Assembly (NCBI GenBank): GCA_963731795.1
Contig: CAVSWU010000003.1
Span: 1,094,216 to 1,158,215, forward strand
Direction of reading: 5' to 3'
From: an uncultured delta proteobacterium
GTDB taxonomy: Bacteria > Myxococcota > Myxococcia > Myxococcales > Myxococcaceae
Length of the DNA: 64,000 bases
The position numbers were made by a program, and so were the translations under genes. The notes below the pieces were generated by a model. That model worked only from the letters and a program-made list of their open reading frames with translations. It ran no database searches and had not been told where the DNA came from. Within the stretch, counting starts at the first letter, position 1. Every line of letters starts with the position of its first letter. Of this stretch, positions 9,517 to 18,136 are shown piece after piece.

Positions 9517-10216
9517 TACGAGGCGGTGAGGGACAACCTGGCCACATTGCTGGCGGAGGCCAGCGAGGTAGGGCGCGGCCTGCCCCGGTACGTGGAGCGG
9601 GACTTCGCCAAGTACCTGGAATGCGGAGTGCTGGCGCACGGCTTCGCGCGGGTGAGCTACGAGAGTTGCAAGGACGAGCTGCTCGTCGCCTTCTCGTGCA
9701 AGGGCCGAGGGGTGTGCCCGTCCTGCAACGCGAAGCGGGCGCATGTGACGGCAGTGCATCTGGTGGAGCAGGTGCTACCGCATGTGCCCTACCGGCAGTG
9801 GACGCTGTCCTTTCCGCACCGGGTCCGGTGGGTGCTGCTCAAGGATGTGGGGCTACTCTCGGACGTCCTCTCCCTCTTCCTGCGCGCGGTGTTCGCCTTG
9901 CAGCGGCGGAGGGCACGGCGGCAGGGCCTACGTGGCGGCCAGGTCGGGGCCGTGTCGTTCATCCAGTTCTTCGGCTCCGCCTTGCAGGTGACTCCTCATT
10001 TCCACTCGCTGGTGCCGGACGGCGTCTTCGTGCCGTGGGAGGGCGGCGTGCGCTTCGAGGCGTTGCCGCCGCCCACGCAAGCAGAGGTGGAGAAGTTGCT
10101 GAAGGTGGTGCGGCACCGGGTGCTGCGGCTGTTGGAGAAAAGAGGAGCCCTGCCCGCGCAAGGACCCGAGGACGCGCTGCAGGCGTACCAGGCGCATTCC
10201 CTGCAACAGCGACTGC
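9517..10216 (+). mobile_element. IS91-family (HUH/Y2 rolling-circle) transposase gene, truncated relic (copy 1)
   Basis: ORF 9430..10605 contains the N-terminal Zn-binding region and HUH motif of IS91-type transposases ([52 protein letters not shown]...PYRQWTLSFPHRVR...SFIQFFGSALQVTPHFHSLVPDGVF). Homology ends near aa 262; catalytic Tyr region and C-terminus missing. Confidence 0.75.
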
Positions 10217-10788
10217 GCTGGACGGAGGTGGATCAAAGTCCTCCACTCAGCGCTATGGCGAATTGGAGCTCGCTCCCAGCCGCGACACAGTCTTCAACTG
10301 CGTCGACCTCGCCCTCCACGCTTACGACTTCAGATAGCGGAGAACTTTTCACTCATGAGTTACTTTTGTTAGGCGCTCTTACTCTTGTCCGCACGGGAGG
10401 CGGCACCCAGCTTCCAGGAATGAGGCTTCGCGCCAAGGAGGCAGCGGACGAGGGGCACATCCATTTGCTGCTCCCGCGCATCTCGTGGCGTTGGGTAGAG
10501 GTGGACGACGTGCGCGCCCAAGTGCTTGCAGCCGGAGAGGGGCCAGTTCACCCATGCCTTGCTCGCGTTCGCGGGCTCCGGCCGAAGGAGCGGAGAAGAG
10601 TGTGAGAGAGCAGAATCAGCAGACGCGTCGGAGTTGGGTGGTGTCGAATCGTGCCTGAAAGGAATAACTCATCTGGATCCACGTCGGCGTACCGGGTTCC
10701 TCCGGGCGCTGAGCCGCCCGGAGGCGTGAGAGCCCCTGAGCCAACGAACGTCAGGGGCGCTCGCACCAGAGCGGTGGTCTCATCCCGA

Positions 10789-12360
10789 CTACTGCTGCAC
10801 CTCGAGCGGCGTATACAGCTGTGGCGTCGGGAAAGTCTCCTGAGCGCAAGAGGTCCCTTCGTCAACGATCGAGTTGCAGTTGTTGTCCTTCCCGTCGCAT
10901 ACCTCGGCGGCTCCGGGATGCACACTGGGGTCCGTATCGTCGCAGTCGTTGGACGTGGCTCCGTAACCCGGGGGCGGAGTGCAGCCCCAGGGGGCGGGGC
11001 TGATGGCCCAAATGTCGCCGTACCCGTCCCCATCAAAATCCTGAGAGAAAGCGCGAGGCAGCGTGGCGTCCGCATCGTTGCAGTCGCTGGAGTCAGACAC
11101 GTAGCCAGCCGGCGCGGAGCAGGCTTGGATGCTCTCCGCGGCATTGCCGCGCCCGTCCCCATCCGCGTCACGGTAGTAAGTGGTATCTCCCCCCACCCCC
11201 TCGTCGATGGAGCCATTGCAGTTGTCATCCACTCCATTGCACGCCTCGGCAGCCCCGGGCTTCACGCTGGCGTTGGAATCGTTGCAGTCGCTGGAATTGG
11301 ACACGTAGCCCGCTGGCGCCGAGCACGCCTGGGTGCTCACCGCCGCATTGCCGTACCCGTCCCCATCCGCGTCACGGTAGTAGGTGTTCAGGGGCCCTCC
11401 CTCACCCGACGGTCCGTCACAGTCGTTGTCGTGGCCACCGCAGCTCCCGCCGATGTCGCGGTCACTCAGCGCGTTGATGTGGCCCTCCGCGTTGCCTGTC
11501 AGTGATCGGGCATAGATTCCGCCGTCCCAACTGCCATTGCTGAAGTGGATATGAGCCTGGGGGGCCAATAACGTACCCCAGAAGCCAAAGCCGTCGGCGT
11601 TGATGCTCGTCGCCTCCGGAAAGTTGTAGAGCACGCCGTGCTGGTCGATGCCGCCGCTAAACGAGTGGCCGAAGCCCGTGAAAGTGGCTGTGCTGCCGGA
11701 GATGTTCACTACGGCCAGAGAACCCGCTGGCGCGTCGATAGACAGCAGCTTGGCGCCGGTGAAGGAGTTGGCGTTCACCTGGAAGACGTTCACGTCTGGA
11801 GCTGTGCCGCGCAGCATGACACCGCCCCAGGGCTCAACGGTCGTCATGCCGTTGACCGCCAGACCGGCCAGCCGGGAGGACAGGCCGCGCAACTCAGCAA
11901 ACCGGGCTGCAAAGTCGATAGGTGTCCCGTGCGCCGCGGTGCCTCGAGGGAAGACCACGGATGGATCGGTGGTGTAATCGCCCCCGTACCAGGCATCTCC
12001 CCAGACGCCGCCGCGAGAGAGCGTCAAGTGGCCACCCGCCACCAACACCTGGGCCGTGTTGCTGTCCGGCACACCCGCCCCCACCGCAAAGTCAGTCAGG
12101 GTGATGTTGCCGCCCGCCGCCACCTTGCCTTGTACGTCATGTCCCTGGCTGTAGTCCTCGAGCAAGAACAGGTTGTGGCCACTCAGGCGGATCTGAATGC
12201 ACGCCAGGAGTGGCGGGGAGGTGGGGGAAGTCTCAATCAGCTTCCCGGCGGCAGCGCGATCACCCGCTTCGTCTTCGTGGACAAAACCGCAGGCCCCTAC
12301 AAGCGCCCCCAGAAGCAACCAAGACAGATGAACGCGGACGACTCTCCAAGCGCCTCTCAT
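10789..12360 (-). CDS. Secreted lipoprotein with choice-of-anchor-A-like N-domain and three MopE-type Cys-rich putative metal-binding repeats
   Basis: Start ATG at 12360 (RBS GGGGGA); signal plus lipobox LLGALVGAC. Repeats YYRDADGDGYGNAA.S.QACSAPAGYVS.SSDCND...PGAAE.C.G.D.NCN match the PF11617-like consensus (CDDxD..V.PGA.E.CDG.DNDC). Confidence 0.8.
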   Translation of the reverse strand: MRGAWRVVRVHLSWLLLGALVGACGFVHEDEAGDRAAAGKLIETSPTSPPLLACIQIRLSGHNLFLLEDYSQGHDVQGKVAAGGNITLTDFAVGAGVPDSNTAQVLVAGGHLTLSRGGVWGDAWYGGDYTTDPSVVFPRGTAAHGTPIDFAARFAELRGLSSRLAGLAVNGMTTVEPWGGVMLRGTAPDVNVFQVNANSFTGAKLLSIDAPAGSLAVVNISGSTATFTGFGHSFSGGIDQHGVLYNFPEATSINADGFGFWGTLLAPQAHIHFSNGSWDGGIYARSLTGNAEGHINALSDRDIGGSCGGHDNDCDGPSGEGGPLNTYYRDADGDGYGNAAVSTQACSAPAGYVSNSSDCNDSNASVKPGAAEACNGVDDNCNGSIDEGVGGDTTYYRDADGDGRGNAAESIQACSAPAGYVSDSSDCNDADATLPRAFSQDFDGDGYGDIWAISPAPWGCTPPPGYGATSNDCDDTDPSVHPGAAEVCDGKDNNCNSIVDEGTSCAQETFPTPQLYTPLEVQQ

Positions 12361-12447
12361 ATGGATCCCCCTGCTGTGGCAGTCTATTTCAGACCTATCA
12401 CGCTTGCCTTCTTCAGATCCATCTCGACTTCGAACTGATCCAGCGGC

Positions 12448-13072
12448 TTGTACCCAACGCGCCCAGCGGGCGTGAAGATGTACGTCGTTGTGAGGCGCCC
12501 ACAGCAGTACGAGGCGGTGAGGGACAACCTCGCTACGCTGCTGGCGGAGGCCGGAGTAGGGGGTGTTGGCGCACGGGTTCGCGCGGGTGCAGTGCGAGAG
12601 TTGCAAGGACGAGCTTCTGGTGGCCTTCTCGTCTGTGACGGCAGTGCACCGGGTGGAGCAGGTGCTGCCGCAGGTGCCCTACCGGCAGTGGACGCTGTCG
12701 TTTCCTCACCGGGTGCGGTGGGTGCTGCTGAAGGAGGCGGGAGTGCTCTCGCAGGTGCTCACCCTCTTCCTGCGCGCGGTGTTCGCCCTGCTCCCCCAAG
12801 CAGGTGCGGAGGAGGCGAGCGCGGGGAAGGAGGCAGCGGCCAGAACAGAGCGGATGAAGCAGGGGACGCCACGAGTGGACTGGGCCGAGTTGCTCAGCAG
12901 GACGTTCGACTTCGACGTGTTCGCCTGCGTGAGGTGTGGAGGCAGGCGCCGGGTGTTGGCGTACGTGAAGGGAGCACGAGGGGTGCGGGCGATTCTGAAG
13001 CACCTGGGCCTGCCCACGGCAGGTGCGAGGCTGGCCCCGGCGCGAGGGCCACCCCAGGCAGCGTGGTGTTGA
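12448..13072 (+). mobile_element. IS91-family transposase gene, internally deleted/frameshifted relic (copy 2)
   Basis: Frame 1 (12448..) has [16 protein letters not shown] (N-term). Frame 2 (12563..13072) has [22 protein letters not shown]...VPYRQWTLSFPHRVRWVLLKE... then the typical IS91 C-terminus VDWAELLSRTFDFDVFACVRCGGRRRVLAYV...ILKHLGLPT; central HUH/Tyr catalytic region is deleted. Same orientation as copy 1. Confidence 0.7.
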
Positions 13073-13316
13073 AGCTCAAGCCAACAAGGCCAAGAGAGCC
13101 AAGCGCCTGCCGCGCACCTGAAGGCAGGGCGGCCAGGGCCAGCGTGTACCCCAAGAGGCTGCGCGGCTTCTCCACCCGCTTGGCTCACTGCTCGGGCGGC
13201 CCCCGTCAGCGCTCCTCCTCGGCACCTCCGCTCCAGCCCTCACCTTCCACATGGCCTCTATCCCGCCTATACGCTTCCACCTGCAGAGCAGCGTCTTGCG
13301 CACGTCGTTTCCGTCT

Positions 13317-13360
13317 CCGGTTTGGTCCTTTTTTGGTCCCCAAAAACCGGATTTGGTCCC
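13317..13360. repeat. Low-GC hairpin / triple TTTGGTCC repeat
   Basis: CCGGTTTGGTCCTTTTTTGGTCCCCAAAAACCGG (stem CCGGTTT/AAACCGG) with TTTGGTCC occurring three times; sits between the IS91 relic 3' end and the convergent activator gene. Confidence 0.4.
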
Positions 13361-13423
13361 GAGACGCAGGCGTCGCCCCAGTTCTCAGAGGGCGGCGCCT
13401 TGAAAGCGGCGGGTTCCTCGGCT

Positions 13424-13453
13424 TGGGAGCGGCGGCATTCGAACCCACAGCCC
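13424..13453 (-). other. Degenerate tRNA-3'-end-like repeat (partner of 9286-9335)
   Basis: TGGGAGCGGCGGCATTCGAACCCACAGCC shares the core GCGGCGG.ATTCGAACCC.C.GC with the 9286 fragment, in the same orientation; T-stem no longer pairs. Confidence 0.25.
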
Positions 13454-15154
13454 TCAGCCCCGCCGTGAGCGCTCCACGCGGATGGCGTACTCCTCGATCT
13501 TCTTGTCCAGCGTGGGGCGGCTGATCCCCAGCCGCTGCGCCGCGCGGATCTTCCGCCCGCCCGCCGCCTGGAGCGCCTCGACGATGGCCTCCCGCTCCAG
13601 GCGCTCCACCATCTGCTGCAGGCTGCTCGGCTTCGAGGCCACGGAGCCCTCCTGGATCTCCGGGGGCAACCGCAGCGCGTGCACCTCGCCGCCCGCATAC
13701 ACGCGCCCGAGCCGCTCGCTCACCAGCCTCAGCTCGCGGATGTTCTGCGGCCACGCGTAGTCCTCCAGCAGGCGCCGCGCCCCCGGGCTGAGCACGGGCG
13801 GAGGCTTCCGGGCTTCACCCGCGCTCCGCTGAGCGAAGTGCTCGAACAGCGCGAGCACGTCCGCTCGGCGCTCGCGCAGCGGAGGCACTTCGATCTCCAC
13901 CCCGGCCAGCGCCATCGCCAGGGCCGTGTCCAGCCCCCCCTGAGTAGCCAGAAGCTGCGCGGGCGCGCTCGCCGTGGCGATGAGGCGCAGATCCACCGGC
14001 TCCTCGCCGCCCTGCCTCGCCGGAGCCACCTTGCGCGTGAGCAGCCGCGTCAGCCGCTCGACGACCGCGCCCGAGAGCCCCTCCACATGCTGGAGCAACA
14101 ACGTGCCCCCATCCGCGCGCAGGAGCGCGGAAGAGCGCGGCGGCAACCCGGGAGCGCTGGCTTCGCCGAAGAGCTGCTCCTCCACGGTTGGCTGCCGGCA
14201 ATCCACCGCCACCAGCGGCCCGAGCCCTCGCGGGGAATGCGCGTGGATGAGCCGGGCCAGCAGGCTCTTCCCAGTCCCCGGCTCGCCGGAGATGACGACG
14301 GGCTCGGCTCTGGCGGCCGCGCGTCGGGCCTGCTCCACCATCCGGCGGAACGGGCGGGACGTGCCCACCAGCTTCAACCGGGCCTGCTCCTCCTCCGCGC
14401 GGGAGCGCATGGCGGCATACGCCTCGCCGCCCATGCGCCCGAGTGCCGCCACCACCTGGATCTCCAACGTGGTGAAGCGCGGCTCGTTGCACCCCACGTA
14501 CAACAACCCGAAGGCCATGCCCCCCGAGGCCACCAGCGGAGCGCACAACTCGGAGCCCGAGGAGGCCACCTCCTTCAGCTCCAGCGCCATGCTCGCCATG
14601 GTGCGGGGGACCTCCACGGAGGATGCGCCGGACACCACCGCGGTGAGCAGCCCCTCCGGCCCGCCCAGCAGCGCCGCGGCCCGGTCCGCGTTGAGCGCAT
14701 GGAGGGCCTCCTCCACCAACCGCCGCAGCACCATGGCCTGGCTGGTAGCCCCCAGCAGCGCCACGCCCGCCGAGAACAGCGCCGCCTCGGGCCCCACGTG
14801 CGGCAGCACCTCCGCGATGGGCACGTGGCTGGCATCGAGCGGCTCCGTCTCCGCCAGGGCCGCATGGCTGAGCGGCTCGTAGATGGCGATGGTCTCCCCT
14901 ACCTGGACGCGATCGCCCGGCAGCAGGCGCGCCTCGCCCGCCACTCGCTCGCCATTGATGAGCGTCCCGTTGCGCGAGTCGAGATCGATGAGCCACGCCT
15001 GCCCCTCGCGCACGAAGAGGCGCGCGTGCCGCCGCGACGCCTTGTCGTCGTTGATCTGGATCTCGCACGAGGGGCTGCGGCCGATCGTGACCTCCGTGAC
15101 CACCTCGCAACGGCGGCCGGCGGAGGGACCGGTGAGCAGCAACAGGGCTGGCAT
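13454..15154 (-). CDS. FHA-GAF-AAA+ NtrC-family transcriptional activator (sigma-54 EBP-like, GAFTGA motif absent)
   Basis: N-terminal FHA (TIGRSPSCEIQINDDKASRRHARLF...GTLINGERV), central GAF-like region, AAA+ core (VVISGEPGTGKSLLARLIH, GGTLLL), C-terminal Fis-type HTH (RKIRAAQRLGISRPTLDKKI). The GAFTGA loop reads EASAPGLPPRS. Confidence 0.9.
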   Translation of the reverse strand: MPALLLLTGPSAGRRCEVVTEVTIGRSPSCEIQINDDKASRRHARLFVREGQAWLIDLDSRNGTLINGERVAGEARLLPGDRVQVGETIAIYEPLSHAALAETEPLDASHVPIAEVLPHVGPEAALFSAGVALLGATSQAMVLRRLVEEALHALNADRAAALLGGPEGLLTAVVSGASSVEVPRTMASMALELKEVASSGSELCAPLVASGGMAFGLLYVGCNEPRFTTLEIQVVAALGRMGGEAYAAMRSRAEEEQARLKLVGTSRPFRRMVEQARRAAARAEPVVISGEPGTGKSLLARLIHAHSPRGLGPLVAVDCRQPTVEEQLFGEASAPGLPPRSSALLRADGGTLLLQHVEGLSGAVVERLTRLLTRKVAPARQGGEEPVDLRLIATASAPAQLLATQGGLDTALAMALAGVEIEVPPLRERRADVLALFEHFAQRSAGEARKPPPVLSPGARRLLEDYAWPQNIRELRLVSERLGRVYAGGEVHALRLPPEIQEGSVASKPSSLQQMVERLEREAIVEALQAAGGRKIRAAQRLGISRPTLDKKIEEYAIRVERSRRG

Positions 15155-15275
15155 GGGGCGCGGAGCCTAGCGTCCCTCGCGCTGCGGGCAAGCCACGTCA
15201 CGCGAGCCCCGCACGACGCACCGGTCCACCGCACCGCGCCAGCCCGCCGCGTCGCACCGCCCGACGCCCGACACC

Positions 15276-16451
15276 CTACATGGGCCGCTCGGCGATGAGC
15301 AGGGCGCGCATCTCCTCTTCGTCCAGCGTGCGCCCCTCTCGGCTGATGGCCAGCGCGTTGAGATGCTCCTCGTCCACCTCGACGTGGGCCCCCTTGCGCC
15401 ACTCCGTGGTGTGGACGGCGCCATCCACCAGCTTGCCCACCACGGTGCCCTCCTCCCAGGCCACCACCTCCAGCCAGAGGTTCTCCTCCACCGCCTGGCC
15501 CTCGGGGTGCGTCTCGAAGGGGGCTCGCGCCAGGAAGGTGAGCGGCTCCATCAGCCCCTTGCGCTGGAAGCGGGCCTTGAAGGCCGGCAGCAGGGCCTGG
15601 GACTCGAGCCGCAGCGACTCGGTGCGCTCCTCGGGCTCGGGGATGAAGCGCTCGCGGTAGGGGCGCAAGAGCTCCGCGGTGTTGTGCCGCCCCAGCGGGG
15701 ACACCACGCTGAGGAAGAGCGACTCGTGGCCCTCGAAGGTCTCCAGCGGCACGCCCAGCAGGTTCACCCGAGCCTCCTCGGAGGGCACCAGCATGAAGGA
15801 CTGGCCCTCGCTGGTGTGGACCTCCTTGCGCAGCTCCGGCCCCTGCCCGAAGGCCATGTCCGTGCACAGCTCGTGGAGGAACATCTCCGCGGCCAGCAGG
15901 TCCTCCTCGCCCAGGTGGAAGATCTCCAAGTCCCGCGTGCCGAACTTCTCCATCCCGTGCGAGTGCACCCACAGCGGCGTGTCGCCCTCGATGGCCGCCA
16001 CCGCGTGCAGGTTCACGTGATCGCGGATGTCGAAGTCCAGCTCGGTGATCTCCACCACGTCCGCCACGTCGTGCAGCTTGTAGGCGGTGAGATCCAGCAG
16101 CACCCCCTGGGTGCGCTCCATCAGCGTGCGAGCACACCACAGCGCCTCGAACACGGGCACGGTGGGCTGGGGCCCGGAGCCCGGCTCGACGGAGAGGTGG
16201 TAGAAGCCCTTGGCCGCCCGGAAGGTCTGCTGGGCCTCCTCGCTGCCCGTCAGCAGGCGCGGCGCCCAGTCCCCGGAAGGCCCCGTGCTGTCAAAGCGGA
16301 CCTCCACCCGAGTCCCCTCCGCGTGGACGGCGAACCCCTCGCCCTGCTCGAGCGGGGAGAAGCGCACGTCGTCCGTCTCGAACGTCTCGCGCAGCTCGGC
16401 CAGCGGCACCGGAGCGGAGGACTCGACAGCGAGGACGTAGACCTCATTCAC
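15276..16451 (-). CDS. Hypothetical protein (conserved, myxobacterial)
   Basis: 391-aa ORF with coding-like composition; its start overlaps the stop of the upstream dNK gene (ATGA), suggesting one operon with the activator downstream. No confident family assignment. Confidence 0.7.
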   Translation of the reverse strand: MNEVYVLAVESSAPVPLAELRETFETDDVRFSPLEQGEGFAVHAEGTRVEVRFDSTGPSGDWAPRLLTGSEEAQQTFRAAKGFYHLSVEPGSGPQPTVPVFEALWCARTLMERTQGVLLDLTAYKLHDVADVVEITELDFDIRDHVNLHAVAAIEGDTPLWVHSHGMEKFGTRDLEIFHLGEEDLLAAEMFLHELCTDMAFGQGPELRKEVHTSEGQSFMLVPSEEARVNLLGVPLETFEGHESLFLSVVSPLGRHNTAELLRPYRERFIPEPEERTESLRLESQALLPAFKARFQRKGLMEPLTFLARAPFETHPEGQAVEENLWLEVVAWEEGTVVGKLVDGAVHTTEWRKGAHVEVDEEHLNALAISREGRTLDEEEMRALLIAERPM

Positions 16452-17062
16452 AGGTGCTTCTCGATCTGGCGGAAGAGATCCACGCGATCCACCAGGTTGG
16501 TCAAGTAGTCCAACTTGTCCGTCGGGAGAACGAGCACGGGGGACATCTTGTAGTTACTGAACCATTCCTCATACAGGGCGTTGAGGCGCTTGAGGTAGAG
16601 CGTGGGGATGTCCTTCTCCATGGCTCGGCCGCGCAAGCGGATGCGCTCCTTCAGCGTCTGCACCGGGCAGCGCAGGTAGATCATCAGGTCCGGCGGGGTC
16701 AGCACCTGGGAGATCGTCTCGTACAGCTCCCGGTACATCTGCCAGTCGCGCCGGTCGATGAAGCGCTGGCGGTGGAGGTTCTTGGCGAAGATCTCCGCGT
16801 CCTCGTAGATCGTCCGGTCCTGGAGCACCGTGCCGGCATGGCGCTCCAGCTCCCGGTGCAGGCGGAACTTGTGGGTGAGGAAGAAGATCTGTGAGCGGAA
16901 GGCCCACTTCTTCATGTCCTTGTAGAAGTCGGCGAGGTACGGGTTCTGATCGTTCGGCTCGAAGTACGGCGTCAGCCCGTACTTGCGGCAGAGGAACGAA
17001 GTGAGCTCTGTCTTCCCGGCGCCAATGTTGCCCGCGACGGCGATGAACTTTTTCCTGGCCAC
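16448..17062 (-). CDS. Deoxynucleoside kinase (dCK/dGK family)
   Basis: P-loop IAVAGNIGAGKT, then YFEPNDQNPYLADFY, ERS-like region and LYLKRLNALYEEW typical of dNK. Start taken as GTG at 17062 (RBS GGGGGT); an ATG at 17125 is an alternative. Confidence 0.75.
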   Translation of the reverse strand: MARKKFIAVAGNIGAGKTELTSFLCRKYGLTPYFEPNDQNPYLADFYKDMKKWAFRSQIFFLTHKFRLHRELERHAGTVLQDRTIYEDAEIFAKNLHRQRFIDRRDWQMYRELYETISQVLTPPDLMIYLRCPVQTLKERIRLRGRAMEKDIPTLYLKRLNALYEEWFSNYKMSPVLVLPTDKLDYLTNLVDRVDLFRQIEKHL

Positions 17063-17339
17063 GCCACCCCCGCTTGTAACCCCACCGGGCGGCGCATACC
17101 AGCACCAAAGGCGGTGACCACTCATGGTAGAACCCGCCGCGCCATGCCCCCGCCCTGCTCCACCCCGCCCACACTCAGTGTGGCCTCTGGGGTAGCGCCT
17201 CCAAGCCTCGGCCGGCACGAGAACGCCGCTGCTCGCCCGGGAGCCCTCCGAGGCGCCAGGGAGGCCGCGTGGGCACAACTCGATCAACGAGCCCACGCTC
17301 ATGCTCTGGGTGTGGCAGGCTCTCACTTCAAGGTCTCAC

Positions 17340-18134
17340 ATGGGACGTAAGCTCTTCTGCATGTTCATAGCGGGGGTGTGGACCGCGGTCCTCTTCCCGC
17401 TCACCCTCGTGACTACGCTGGTGCTCGGCGGGGATTCCACGGTGTGGATCTGCCGCCACCTGTGGTCCCCCGTGCTGCTGTGGGCCGGCGGAGCCCAGAT
17501 GGTGATTCACGGCCAGGAGAACGTGGACCCCAAGCGCCCCACCATCTACGTGGCCAACCACCAGTCCACCCTGGACATCCCCGCGCTCTTCGTCGCCGTG
17601 CCGGCCAACTTCCGCTACGTGGCCAAGAGCCAGCTCAAGTGGGTGCCGTTCATCGGCTGGTACCTCTGGTTCGCCGGGCACATCTTCGTCAACCGCTCCA
17701 ACCGGCAGGCGGCCATCAGCTCGCTGCAGGCGGCGGGGCGGAAGATCCGCGGTGGCACCAGCATCTTCCTCTACCCGGAGGGCACTCGCTCGCCGGAGGG
17801 GCGCATCCTCCCCTTCAAGAAGGGGCCCTTCGCCCTGGCCCTCGAGGCCCGCGTGCCCATCTGCCCGGTCACCATCGAGGGCACTCGGAAGATCATGCCC
17901 AAGAACTCCTGGAACATCGTCCCAGGCCCCGTGCACGTAAAGATCGGCAAGCCCATCGACACCTCGGGCTTCGCCGCGGAGGACCGCGAGGGGCTCGCCC
18001 GCGCCATCCGCGAGATGATCATCCAGCAGAACGTGGAGCTCGGCGGCCTGGGCGGAGACGTCGAAGACGCCATCGCCGCCGCGGGTTACGAAGGCATCGG
18101 TCACGCGTCCCCTCCCGCCCGGAAAATCTCCTGA
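17340..18134 (+). CDS. plsC: 1-acyl-sn-glycerol-3-phosphate acyltransferase
   Basis: LPLAT motifs NHQSTLD (block I), FIFVNR, LYPEGTRS (block III), VPICPVTIEG. Confidence 0.9.
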   Translation: MGRKLFCMFIAGVWTAVLFPLTLVTTLVLGGDSTVWICRHLWSPVLLWAGGAQMVIHGQENVDPKRPTIYVANHQSTLDIPALFVAVPANFRYVAKSQLKWVPFIGWYLWFAGHIFVNRSNRQAAISSLQAAGRKIRGGTSIFLYPEGTRSPEGRILPFKKGPFALALEARVPICPVTIEGTRKIMPKNSWNIVPGPVHVKIGKPIDTSGFAAEDREGLARAIREMIIQQNVELGGLGGDVEDAIAAAGYEGIGHASPPARKIS

Positions 18135-18136
18135 CC

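Noticed and set aside
9285-10337. 350-aa + [19 protein letters not shown]... and other ORFs overlapping the IS91 relic
   Set aside because: Out-of-frame overlap of the recognisable transposase frame; Gly/Ala/Arg low-complexity sequence.
13679-16508. Large ORFs 13679..15298 (+), 13815..15191 (-), 14899..16140 (-), 15363..16508 (+)
   Set aside because: Alternative-frame or antisense to the FHA-AAA+ activator and the 391-aa protein; Arg/Gly/Ala-rich junk translations.
17378-18134. 5' 250 codons of ORF 17378..19525
   Set aside because: Out-of-frame overlap with plsC; the real TPR lipoprotein begins at about 18137 (signal peptide and lipobox).
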